Positions 10,155 through 17,524 of a DNA stretch of 64,000 nucleotides are shown piece by piece. Made by a program: the position numbers and the translations under genes. Position 1 is the stretch's first letter. Each line of letters starts with the position of its first letter. Origin of the DNA: a candidate division FCPU426 bacterium (GTDB taxonomy: Bacteria; Oederibacteriota; Muellerivitia; Muellerivitales; Muellerivitaceae); the NCBI GenBank assembly GCA_963796105.1, contig CAWCKJ010000008.1:64001-128000 (forward strand), given 5' to 3'. Below the pieces are notes generated by a model. It worked only from the letters and a program-made list of their open reading frames with translations, ran no database searches and was not told the DNA's origin.

Positions 10155-10464
10155 TTAACCACAGGTTCCTTCGGAACCACAAAGGGCACTGTAAGGAAAG
10201 AAATTAATATTGACTCAACTTTGGCAAATTTTGAGGACGTTGATTCTTCCCCCTTTGAAAGAGGGGGATTGAGGGGAAGTTAGACTTGTTTTGGGATTTA
10301 GCAAAAACTAATACCCCCCTATCCAACAGCGCTCATAGGGAAAAACCCCTATGTTACCCACAAACCGAAATACCCCTTTTCAAAGGGGGGAATAGCTATC
10401 TAATGTTGAGTATTGAAATATATTAACTGTGTCTCTGTGTGGTGCGAAGCACCGCTGTGGTGAA
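10155..10464. repeat. Nested inverted-repeat element (family C arms enclosing family D arms)
   Basis: Outer arms 10155-10193 / 10426-10464; inner arms TTCCCCCTTTGAAAGAGGGGG.. (10247-10283) / ..CCCCTTTTCAAAGGGGGGAA (10308-10392, split by an insert). Confidence 0.85.
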
Positions 10465-10492
10465 TAAGAATTTTTTCAGGTTCGAGGAACCA

Positions 10493-11593
10493 ATGAGCGT
10501 ATTGCCAAGAACAAATTCATCCGATATTGAGTTGACTCCGGCTCCGGTGTTAACACGTGCGCCCTGGGAAGCCATGGGCGAAGGCGCCAAGGAACTCAAA
10601 CTTGGGAAACTTAGGCTGGATGGACGTGTTTTTCTCGCCCCCATGGCGGGCTATACCGACACGGCTTTCCGAAGGCTGGCCCGGCGGCATGGGGCCGCGC
10701 TGGTGGTGACTGAAATGGTCAGTTCCCGGGCTCTCATTGAGGGAAGCGATAAGACCGGGGACCTTATGGATTTCACGGAGCCGGAAAGGCCCGTGGGAGT
10801 CCAGCTTTTCGGCGGGGACCCCGCCATCATGGGCGAGGCCGCCAAGCGGGTGGTGGAGGAGGTGAATCCCGACCTCATAGACGTGAATTTCGGGTGTCCC
10901 GTGGGAAAAATCCTTAAAAGCGACGCGGGGGCGGCGGTATTGAAAGAGCCACAAAGGGCTGGCTGGATCGTGGCCGCCATGGTGAAGGCTACCGAGGGCA
11001 GGATTCCCATCACAGTGAAGACCCGGGCGGGATTTAATACCGTGGACCAATCGGTTTTCGAGGTGCTGGACGCGGTGGAGCAAGCTGGCGCTTCAGCTCT
11101 CACTGTGCATGCCAGGACCCGCAACCAGATGTTCGAGGGTAAGGCGGATTGGTCCGTTATTTCCCGTTTGAAGGAAAAAGCGAAAATTCCCATTATCGGC
11201 AACGGCGACGTGAGGTCTTCCGAGGACGCCTACCGCCTATTCAGGGAGACCCGATGTGACGGCATCATGATCGGCCGGGGAAGCATGGGATCGCCCTGGA
11301 TCTTCGAGGAAATCAACCATTACCTGGAAACGGGTCAACCCCTCCCAACGCCGTCCTTGAAATTCAGGGTCGGAATGGCGCTGGAACAGTTGAAATGTTC
11401 CCTGGAGGTAAGGGGCCCCCGCATGGGCCTTCTGGAAATGCGGAAACATCTCACCCAGTATTTGAAGGGTTTTCCGGGAGCCAAGGAAACACGCCAAAGG
11501 CTCCTGACTTCCGATGACGCGGATTGGGTGGTGAAATCCTTAACGGAATTCCACGAGTCTTTGCCGGATGAAGATCCGGCCCAACCGGTCTGA
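10493..11593 (+). CDS. dusB: tRNA-dihydrouridine synthase DusB
   Basis: LAPMAG, TEMVS, QLFG, DVNFGCP, HARTR, GNGDV, MIGRG; ATG 10493 follows GAGG. Confidence 0.93.
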   Translation: MSVLPRTNSSDIELTPAPVLTRAPWEAMGEGAKELKLGKLRLDGRVFLAPMAGYTDTAFRRLARRHGAALVVTEMVSSRALIEGSDKTGDLMDFTEPERPVGVQLFGGDPAIMGEAAKRVVEEVNPDLIDVNFGCPVGKILKSDAGAAVLKEPQRAGWIVAAMVKATEGRIPITVKTRAGFNTVDQSVFEVLDAVEQAGASALTVHARTRNQMFEGKADWSVISRLKEKAKIPIIGNGDVRSSEDAYRLFRETRCDGIMIGRGSMGSPWIFEEINHYLETGQPLPTPSLKFRVGMALEQLKCSLEVRGPRMGLLEMRKHLTQYLKGFPGAKETRQRLLTSDDADWVVKSLTEFHESLPDEDPAQPV

Positions 11594-12149
11594 CCCCTTG
11601 GAATCCTTCCTCTACTCCCTCGATGTTTCGGTTTTCCGCTGGATCAACGCTGGCTGGTCCTGCCCCATCCTGGATTCATTTTTCGCGTTCATCACCGACA
11701 TGCGGCATTTTTATATCATCCTGATTCCTTGGGCGGTTTATCTTCTGATCTGGGGAAAAGCCAAGGGCCGCTGGTTGGTTTTAAGCCTGGCGGTAGCCAT
11801 ACTTCTTTCCGACCAGGGTTCCAGCCACTTCATCAAGTTCCTGGTGAAAAGGATCAGGCCTTGTAACGCCCTGCCGGGAGTCCTGACCCCCGCCGGGACC
11901 AGCTCGGCTTTCTCCTTTCCTTCCAGCCACGCTTCCAACATGGGGTCCGCTGGAATTTTATTATCCATGGCTTTCAAACCCTGGACCTGGTTGTTTGTCC
12001 TTATCGCCCTCCTCGTGGGCCTTTCCAGGATTTATTTGGGGCTCCATTATCCCTCGGATGTCCTGGGGGGGTATGTTTTTGGAATCCTGGTGGGTTTCTT
12101 GGTCAGGTGGGGAATCAACAAGTTGAAGATGAAGCTGGGAAAAGAATAA
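11568..12149 (+). CDS. PAP2 family membrane phosphatase (undecaprenyl-PP phosphatase-like)
   Basis: K-x6-RP (KFLVKRIRP), PSSH and SRIYLGLHYPSD motifs. Confidence 0.92.
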   Translation: MKIRPNRSDPLESFLYSLDVSVFRWINAGWSCPILDSFFAFITDMRHFYIILIPWAVYLLIWGKAKGRWLVLSLAVAILLSDQGSSHFIKFLVKRIRPCNALPGVLTPAGTSSAFSFPSSHASNMGSAGILLSMAFKPWTWLFVLIALLVGLSRIYLGLHYPSDVLGGYVFGILVGFLVRWGINKLKMKLGKE

Positions 12150-12168
12150 GAACTTCTAAAAAAAGGCT

Positions 12169-12683
12169 TTCACCACAGGCTGCCTTTGGCAGCGCACAGA
12201 GGCACAGCATTAATACCTTATAATACTAGGATCATAGACCTCCGAATTAAATAAAATCCAGTTTGTAAAGATAAGTAAAATCAGGATTCTAAAAGACGTT
12301 AAACAAAACCAAGTCTTTTGCCACGGATTCAGGGGATGCAGGGGGATAGCTACAAACAGATTCAACATAAACTACATTACACCACAGGTTTCTTTGAAAC
12401 CACAGTGTACACGGTTACAAAGCTAACAACTAAATTGGGGAATTAGCTTCAGATCATGACAAGGGCTAAGCCCTTGCGCCCGATGGGCGTTATGGTCAAG
12501 CCTGCGGACCGTGGAAAAATTAATTTTTCCATCGACCGTCAGTTGGACCATAGACCATGATCAAAATGCGTTTTAAATCCCATGAATCCCATGCATCTGT
12601 GGCTAGAGTCTATTTTGGAAAGATTTGTATTAGGATATTTCTTTACTGTGACTCTGTGTGGTGCGAAGCACCACTGTGGTTGA
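12169..12683. repeat. Nested inverted-repeat element (family C arms enclosing family B copy 2 and an extra C arm)
   Basis: C arms 12169-12207 / 12645-12683; B arms 12318-12348 / 12577-12605; second left C arm 12378-12415; palindrome TGGAAAAATTAATTTTTCCA at 12512-12531. Confidence 0.85.
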
Positions 12684-12712
12684 GTGAAGTTTTTTAAATT
12701 AAGGATTTAATT

Positions 12713-13627
12713 ATGCCTTCAAAAGATAACGAAAAAAACGCGGTTCAGCCTTCCACCCTTTATCTGGTAGGCACTCCCATCGGTAACTTGGAGGACATGA
12801 CCTTCCGGGCCCTGAAAACCCTCAAGGAAGTATCCCTTGTCGCGGCGGAAGATACCCGCAATAGCCTGAGGCTCATGACCCACTTCGGGATCAAACCCAA
12901 GAAGCTTATTTCCTGTTTTGAGCATAATGAGACGAAGCGGGTGGATGAGATTTTGAAGACCTTGGGGGAAGGGGGTTCGGTGGCCCTCGTGACGGACGCG
13001 GGAATGCCGGGAATCTCCGACCCGGGTTATTTGGTGGTGAAAGCCGTGTTGGGAAAGGGTTTTAGCGTCGTGCCAGTTCCAGGGGCATCGGCTCTTTTAG
13101 CGCTTTTGCCCGCTTCCGGTTTCCAGGCTTCTCCCTTCACTTTTATCGGGTTTTTACCTTCCAAGCCTGCTGAGCGTATGACGGCCCTGACCCAGATTCG
13201 TTCCGAGGAAAGAACACTCGTCTTTTTCGAGTCGCCCCACCGTTTGAGGGAAAGCCTGAAGGACATGATGAATGTTTTTGGCAACCGCCAAGCGGTCGTG
13301 GGAAGGGAACTCACCAAACTGCATGAGGAATTCATCCGGGGAACGCTTCAGGAACTTTGGAAGCATTTCAAGGCCAAGGCCCCAATAGGGGAATTTACCG
13401 TGGTTGTGGAGGGTGGTGAACGGATCGACCATTCCGACCAGGAAAAATGGGTGGGGGTTTCCATTGAGGACCAGCTCATCCAGTTTATGAACGAGGGGCA
13501 TTCCAAAACTGAGGCCGTCAAGGCCGTCTGCCGTATGCGCGATTTGCCCCGCGAGGTGGTTTATAAGATCGCAACGGAGATCAAATGGGAAGGGAAGGAA
13601 GAGCAACAGCCGGAAGCGCAAGAATGA
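12713..13627 (+). CDS. rsmI: 16S rRNA (cytidine1402-2'-O)-methyltransferase RsmI
   Basis: LYLVGTPIGNLEDMT, AAEDTR, DAGMPGISDPG, FESPHR, RELTKLHEE. Confidence 0.97.
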   Translation: MPSKDNEKNAVQPSTLYLVGTPIGNLEDMTFRALKTLKEVSLVAAEDTRNSLRLMTHFGIKPKKLISCFEHNETKRVDEILKTLGEGGSVALVTDAGMPGISDPGYLVVKAVLGKGFSVVPVPGASALLALLPASGFQASPFTFIGFLPSKPAERMTALTQIRSEERTLVFFESPHRLRESLKDMMNVFGNRQAVVGRELTKLHEEFIRGTLQELWKHFKAKAPIGEFTVVVEGGERIDHSDQEKWVGVSIEDQLIQFMNEGHSKTEAVKAVCRMRDLPREVVYKIATEIKWEGKEEQQPEAQE

Positions 13628-13741
13628 CTCGTCGGAAGGATTAGATTGGTATGAAAGAAAACCAAAATATCGAATGGAAAACATCATGGCGGGACGAGTT
13701 CCTGAAATGGATATGCGGTTTCGCCAACGCCGATGGCGGGA
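13481..13741 (+). repeat. Direct repeat copy 1: rsmI 3' end + spacer + 5' end of AlbA gene
   Basis: Aligns with 15088-15348 (offset 1607); 13586-13741 is identical. Confidence 0.95.
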
Positions 13742-15063
13742 GGCTGATTATCGGCCGTGATGATCATGGCCGCGTCACCGGTGTTGAGGACGTTGAGAAA
13801 CTCCTGGTGGATATTCCCAACAAGGTTCGCGACATCATGGGCATCATGGTGATGGTGAACCACCGCAAAAAAGCCGGGAAAGATTATTTGGAAATCGTAG
13901 TGGAACCCCACCTCTATCCTGTGAATTACAAGGGTGAATACTTCACTCGGAGTGGGAGTACCCTTCAAACTCTAAAGGGTGCGGCATTGGACCGTTTTCT
14001 TCTCCGAAAGCAAGGGAAGCATTGGGATGCAATACCGGTGGTTCACGCCTGGGTTGGGGATTTGGCCCGCGTAACGATCAACGAATTCCGAAAACGCGCC
14101 CGCGAGAGCCGGCGCCTGGAACCGGCAATACTCAAGGAACCGGCGCAAGGCCTTATCGAAAAACTACACCTTCTGGATGGAAAACATCTCAAGAAGGCGG
14201 CTGTGCTGTTGTTCCACCCCGATCCGGAGAATTTCGTCACCGGAGCCTTCGTTAAAATCGGTTTTTTCCGCACCAACGACGATCTTCTTTACCATGACGA
14301 GATTCACGGTGACCTTTTCAGCCAGGTGGACAAGACCCTGGAACTGCTTACAACCAAATACTTAAAGGCAGGCATCAGCTATCGGGGCGTGCAGAGGGTG
14401 GAGACGCTGCCCGTACCCGATGCCGCCTTAAGGGAGGCGGTCCTCAACGCGGTTATCCACAAGGACTACGCGAGCGGCACTCCCATCCAGATCAGCGTTT
14501 ATGACGACAAGCTGATGATTTGGAATCCCGGCGAACTGCCCCCCGCTTGGACGGTAGCGAAACTCAAAAGTAAGCATTCTTCCAAGCCTTTCAACCCCGA
14601 TGTGGCCAACGCCTTTTTTCGGGCGGGAATGATCGAGGCCTGGGGCCGGGGCATCGAACGCATTTTGGGTGCCTGCCGGGACGCTGGGTTCAGTGAGCCC
14701 CGGTTCGAATATGAGCATACCGGCCTTTGGGTGGAATTCCGGTTCTCCAAGGAAATCGTTAAAAAGAGTTTCGAACACCAGCCAGGGTTGGGGCTAGAGT
14801 CGAGGCTAGAGTCGAGGCTAGAGTCGAGGCTAGAGTCGTTGGAACAACGCGCGCTTAAGGCATTGTGGAAAAATCCTTTGGGCAAAGGTGCCCTTGCGAA
14901 GGTATTGGGACAGAAACAGGCTTCAGGCGGACTTCATAACGCTATTCGGCGGCTTTTGGAAAAACATTTTATTGAGCGCACCATTCCCGGCAAGCCCAAC
15001 AGCCGTTTGCAGGAATACCGCGTCACTGAAGAAGGAAAGACCTATTTGTCATCGAAAAGCTAA
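13651..15063 (+). CDS. AlbA_2/Schlafen-domain protein with HATPase_c_4-like domain and C-terminal HTH
   Basis: ENQNIEWK..GFANADGG (AlbA_2); ALREAVLNAVIHKDY, WNPG, IEAWGRG; C-terminal RTIPGKPNSRLQEYR. Confidence 0.85.
   Translation: MKENQNIEWKTSWRDEFLKWICGFANADGGRLIIGRDDHGRVTGVEDVEKLLVDIPNKVRDIMGIMVMVNHRKKAGKDYLEIVVEPHLYPVNYKGEYFTRSGSTLQTLKGAALDRFLLRKQGKHWDAIPVVHAWVGDLARVTINEFRKRARESRRLEPAILKEPAQGLIEKLHLLDGKHLKKAAVLLFHPDPENFVTGAFVKIGFFRTNDDLLYHDEIHGDLFSQVDKTLELLTTKYLKAGISYRGVQRVETLPVPDAALREAVLNAVIHKDYASGTPIQISVYDDKLMIWNPGELPPAWTVAKLKSKHSSKPFNPDVANAFFRAGMIEAWGRGIERILGACRDAGFSEPRFEYEHTGLWVEFRFSKEIVKKSFEHQPGLGLESRLESRLESRLESLEQRALKALWKNPLGKGALAKVLGQKQASGGLHNAIRRLLEKHFIERTIPGKPNSRLQEYRVTEEGKTYLSSKS
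14792..14838 (+). repeat. In-frame 12-bp tandem repeat GGCTAGAGTCGA x ~4 (LESR)
   Basis: Three full units and one 11-nt unit read directly. Confidence 0.95.
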
Positions 15064-15348
15064 GATGTTGGTTAGTGGACGCTGGTGCAGTTTATGAACG
15101 AGGGGCATTCCAAGACCGAGGCCGTCAAGGCTGTCTGCCGAATGCGCGGCTTGCCCCGCGAGGTGGTCTATAAGATCGCGACAGAGATTAAGTGGGAAGG
15201 GAAGGAAGAGCAACAGCCGGAAGCGCAAGAATGACTCGTCGGAAGGATTAGATTGGTATGAAAGAAAACCAAAATATCGAATGGAAAACATCATGGCGGG
15301 ACGAGTTCCTGAAATGGATATGCGGTTTCGCCAACGCCGATGGCGGGA
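15055..15348 (+). repeat. Direct repeat copy 2 (recombinant of copies 1 and 3)
   Basis: 15100-15209 identical to 16580-16689; 15193-15348 identical to 13586-13741. Confidence 0.95.
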
Positions 15349-15392
15349 AGCTTTTGATCGAATTGATGCTGAGCGGGAGTGGAACAGTATGA
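15258..15392 (+). pseudogene. 44-aa stub of the AlbA gene 5' end, stop overlapping the DUF1016 start
   Basis: MKENQNIEWKTSWRDEFLKWICGFANADGGKLLIELMLSGSGTV*; TGA at 15390-15392 overlaps ATG 15389. Confidence 0.8.
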
Positions 15393-16447
15393 GGAAAACG
15401 CGGAAAAATATTTTGAAAAATAACCAGCTTGCCGACGGGTACAAGACTTTGCTTGCGGAGGTGAAAAAGCGTGTTCGGGACGCCCAATACCAAGCCCTCA
15501 AGGCCGTCAACAAGGAATTAATCGGTCTTTATTGGGACATCGGTCAAATGATCCATGAACGCCAGAAAGGGAAGACTTGGGGTAAAGCCGTCGTCCCCCG
15601 GTTGGCGTCGGATCTTCAAAAGGAATTCCCCGGAATCAGCGGTTTTTCTTCCCAGAATTTATGGCGCATGCGGCAGTTTTACGAAACCTACCGGTTAAAG
15701 CCAAAACTCTCACCATTGGTGAGAGAAATTGGTTGGACGCACAATGTCATCATAATGATGCATTGCAAGGACGCGTTGGAGTGTGAGTTTTATATCCGCA
15801 TGACCCGAAAATACGGGTGGTCCAAGAACGTCCTGGCTTTGAAGATTGACGCAAAAACATACGAAAGCACCCTTTTGAATCAAACGAACTTCAATAAAAC
15901 CCTACCTGAGAAAATCCGGAACCAAGCTAAGCTGGCCGTGAAGGACGAATACACCTTCGATTTCCTGGAATTGGGGGAAGAACACGCTGAGCGTGAATTG
16001 GAGGCGGCGATCTTATCGAAAGTTGAAAAGTTCCTGGCCGAGATGGGCGGTAAATTCGCTTTTATGGGGAGTCAGTACCGGCTGGAAGTCGGGGAAAAAG
16101 AATATTTCATCGACTTGCTTCTTTACCACCGGGGCCTTAAATGCCTGGTGGCTTTGGAATTGAAAGTGGGCGAGTTCAAGCCCGAGTACGTTGGGAAGAT
16201 GCAGTTTTACCTGGCGGCCCTGGATGGTAAAACGCGTATTAAGGGGGAAAACCCTTCCATTGGCATGATCCTTTGCAGGACTAAGGACAGGGCCATCGTG
16301 GAATACGCTCTCAAGGAAAGCAGGAAGCCCATAGGGGTCGCTGCCTACCGCATAGTCCACAAACTACCGAAAAATCTGGCCGGCCATCTGCCCGATCCTG
16401 CCCAGGTCGAGAAAATGCTCATGAAGATAGACGATGGGGGCGGGTGA
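15389..16447 (+). CDS. DUF1016 / YhcG PD-(D/E)XK nuclease-domain protein
   Basis: AVNKELIGLYWDIG, GFSSQNLWRMRQFY, KDEYTFDFL, IDLLLYH..ALELK, GKMQFY. The 15281 start lies within the duplicated stub, so 15389 is preferred. Confidence 0.92.
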   Translation: MRKTRKNILKNNQLADGYKTLLAEVKKRVRDAQYQALKAVNKELIGLYWDIGQMIHERQKGKTWGKAVVPRLASDLQKEFPGISGFSSQNLWRMRQFYETYRLKPKLSPLVREIGWTHNVIIMMHCKDALECEFYIRMTRKYGWSKNVLALKIDAKTYESTLLNQTNFNKTLPEKIRNQAKLAVKDEYTFDFLELGEEHAERELEAAILSKVEKFLAEMGGKFAFMGSQYRLEVGEKEYFIDLLLYHRGLKCLVALELKVGEFKPEYVGKMQFYLAALDGKTRIKGENPSIGMILCRTKDRAIVEYALKESRKPIGVAAYRIVHKLPKNLAGHLPDPAQVEKMLMKIDDGGG

Positions 16448-16534
16448 TTCCGTGAAACAGCGAGAGATGTTTTCGCAAGGGGAATAGTCAAAACCCATCG
16501 ACCCTTCGATAAACTCTGAACCATAAAGCTCTTT

Positions 16535-16711
16535 AAAAGCTAAGATATCGTTTAGTGGATGCTGGTCCAGTTCATAAAAGAGGGGCATTCCAAGACCGAG
16601 GCCGTCAAGGCTGTCTGCCGAATGCGCGGCTTGCCCCGCGAGGTGGTCTATAAGATCGCGACAGAGATTAAGTGGGAAGGGAAGGAAGAAAACCAGGCAG
16701 ACGTGGATTAG
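16535..16711 (+). repeat. Direct repeat copy 3: rsmI 3' end with alternative tail (possible 50-aa ORF 16559-16711)
   Basis: Aligns with 15055-15209 (offset 1480); encodes MLVQFIKEGHSKTEAV...WEGKEENQADVD*. Confidence 0.9.
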
Positions 16712-16845
16712 CAGGCTGCTGAAAAAGTAAAAAATAGGCCCACAAAGCAGCCTGCGACCCCAAAGATTCCGCAGGAATCGTAGGGTTTCCAAAAATGTCA
16801 TCAGCTGAAAAAGTCCGTTTTGGGGACTTTTTTAGCAACCTGTTA
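16709..16845. repeat. Inverted-repeat element, family A copy 2
   Basis: Arms TAGCAGGCTGCTGAAAAAGT / ACTTTTTTAGCAACCTGTTA; same internal GACCCCAAAGATT..AATCGTAGGGTTTCCA hairpin as 5086-5124. Confidence 0.8.
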
Positions 16846-16927
16846 GGGCCAAGCCTTGAAAATGACGCAAGTGATGAAAAAAGATTTGAAGAAAAAACTG
16901 TGATGCCGATTTCAAGACCTGACCTTT

Positions 16928-17269
16928 GTGTCTGTTAAAGGGAAAATTAGGGGGAAGCATCACCATGAGGCGCACAGGGAACAACAGAAATTGGGCTTGC
17001 CGGATGCCGAGGAAACGCTGAAAAAGATCGGGAAAATGCATGGGATTATGGTGAAAGATATGGTGGTTCCGACCCGGCGGAAAAACGAAGGGCGGGAAGC
17101 GGCGGTATGGGCCTTGCGTCAGATATGCCGATTAAGTTTAGGGGAAGTGGCAAAGAAGATGGGGGTAAAATACTCTGCGGTAAGCCATGGGGTGGCAAGG
17201 ATGAAGAAACGCATTCGTGAGGAAAAGGGTCTTGAGGAAAAGATTCGTAATGCCGTTTTCAAGACCTGA
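16928..17269 (+). pseudogene. C-terminal HTH (DnaA_C-like) fragment, probably of a Y1/RAYT-like transposase gene
   Basis: R-EAAVWALRQICRLSLGEVAKKMGVKYSAVSHGVARM pattern ending FKT*; no HUH motif in the fragment; flanked by 22-bp direct repeats. Confidence 0.55.
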
Positions 17270-17274
17270 CCCTA

Positions 17275-17514
17275 ATGTTTTACGACCCATCCGGCATTGA
17301 ATCCAGGATGGCCTCGAATGTGGAATTCCGGAAGGAGTGCAGGAAGGCGGGCCTTTGGACCGCGGCAGACCTGCAGAAGCTCATGGTTTTCAATGACATC
17401 GAGGGGAAGCACATGGCGGAAAAGGAAACCGCGCCCTTGAATACCGACGACCTGCCGGTGATCGAGTACCGTTTCCGCGAGTTCAACCACGATGTGTTTT
17501 TAAGCAAACTTTGA
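17275..17514 (+). pseudogene. C-terminal fragment resembling fused MFS/spermidine synthase proteins
   Basis: APLNTDDLPVIEY motif; no N-terminal part; begins right after the 17250-17271 repeat. Confidence 0.5.
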
Positions 17515-17524
17515 GGTTCTAAGA

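Noticed and set aside
15281..15388. N-terminal extension of the DUF1016 ORF in the ORF track
   Set aside because: It is an alternative-frame reading of the duplicated AlbA 5' end; ATG 15389 fits better.
13481..16845. Classical integron or integrase-encoding island
   Set aside because: No tyrosine or serine recombinase gene and no convincing attC core sites seen.
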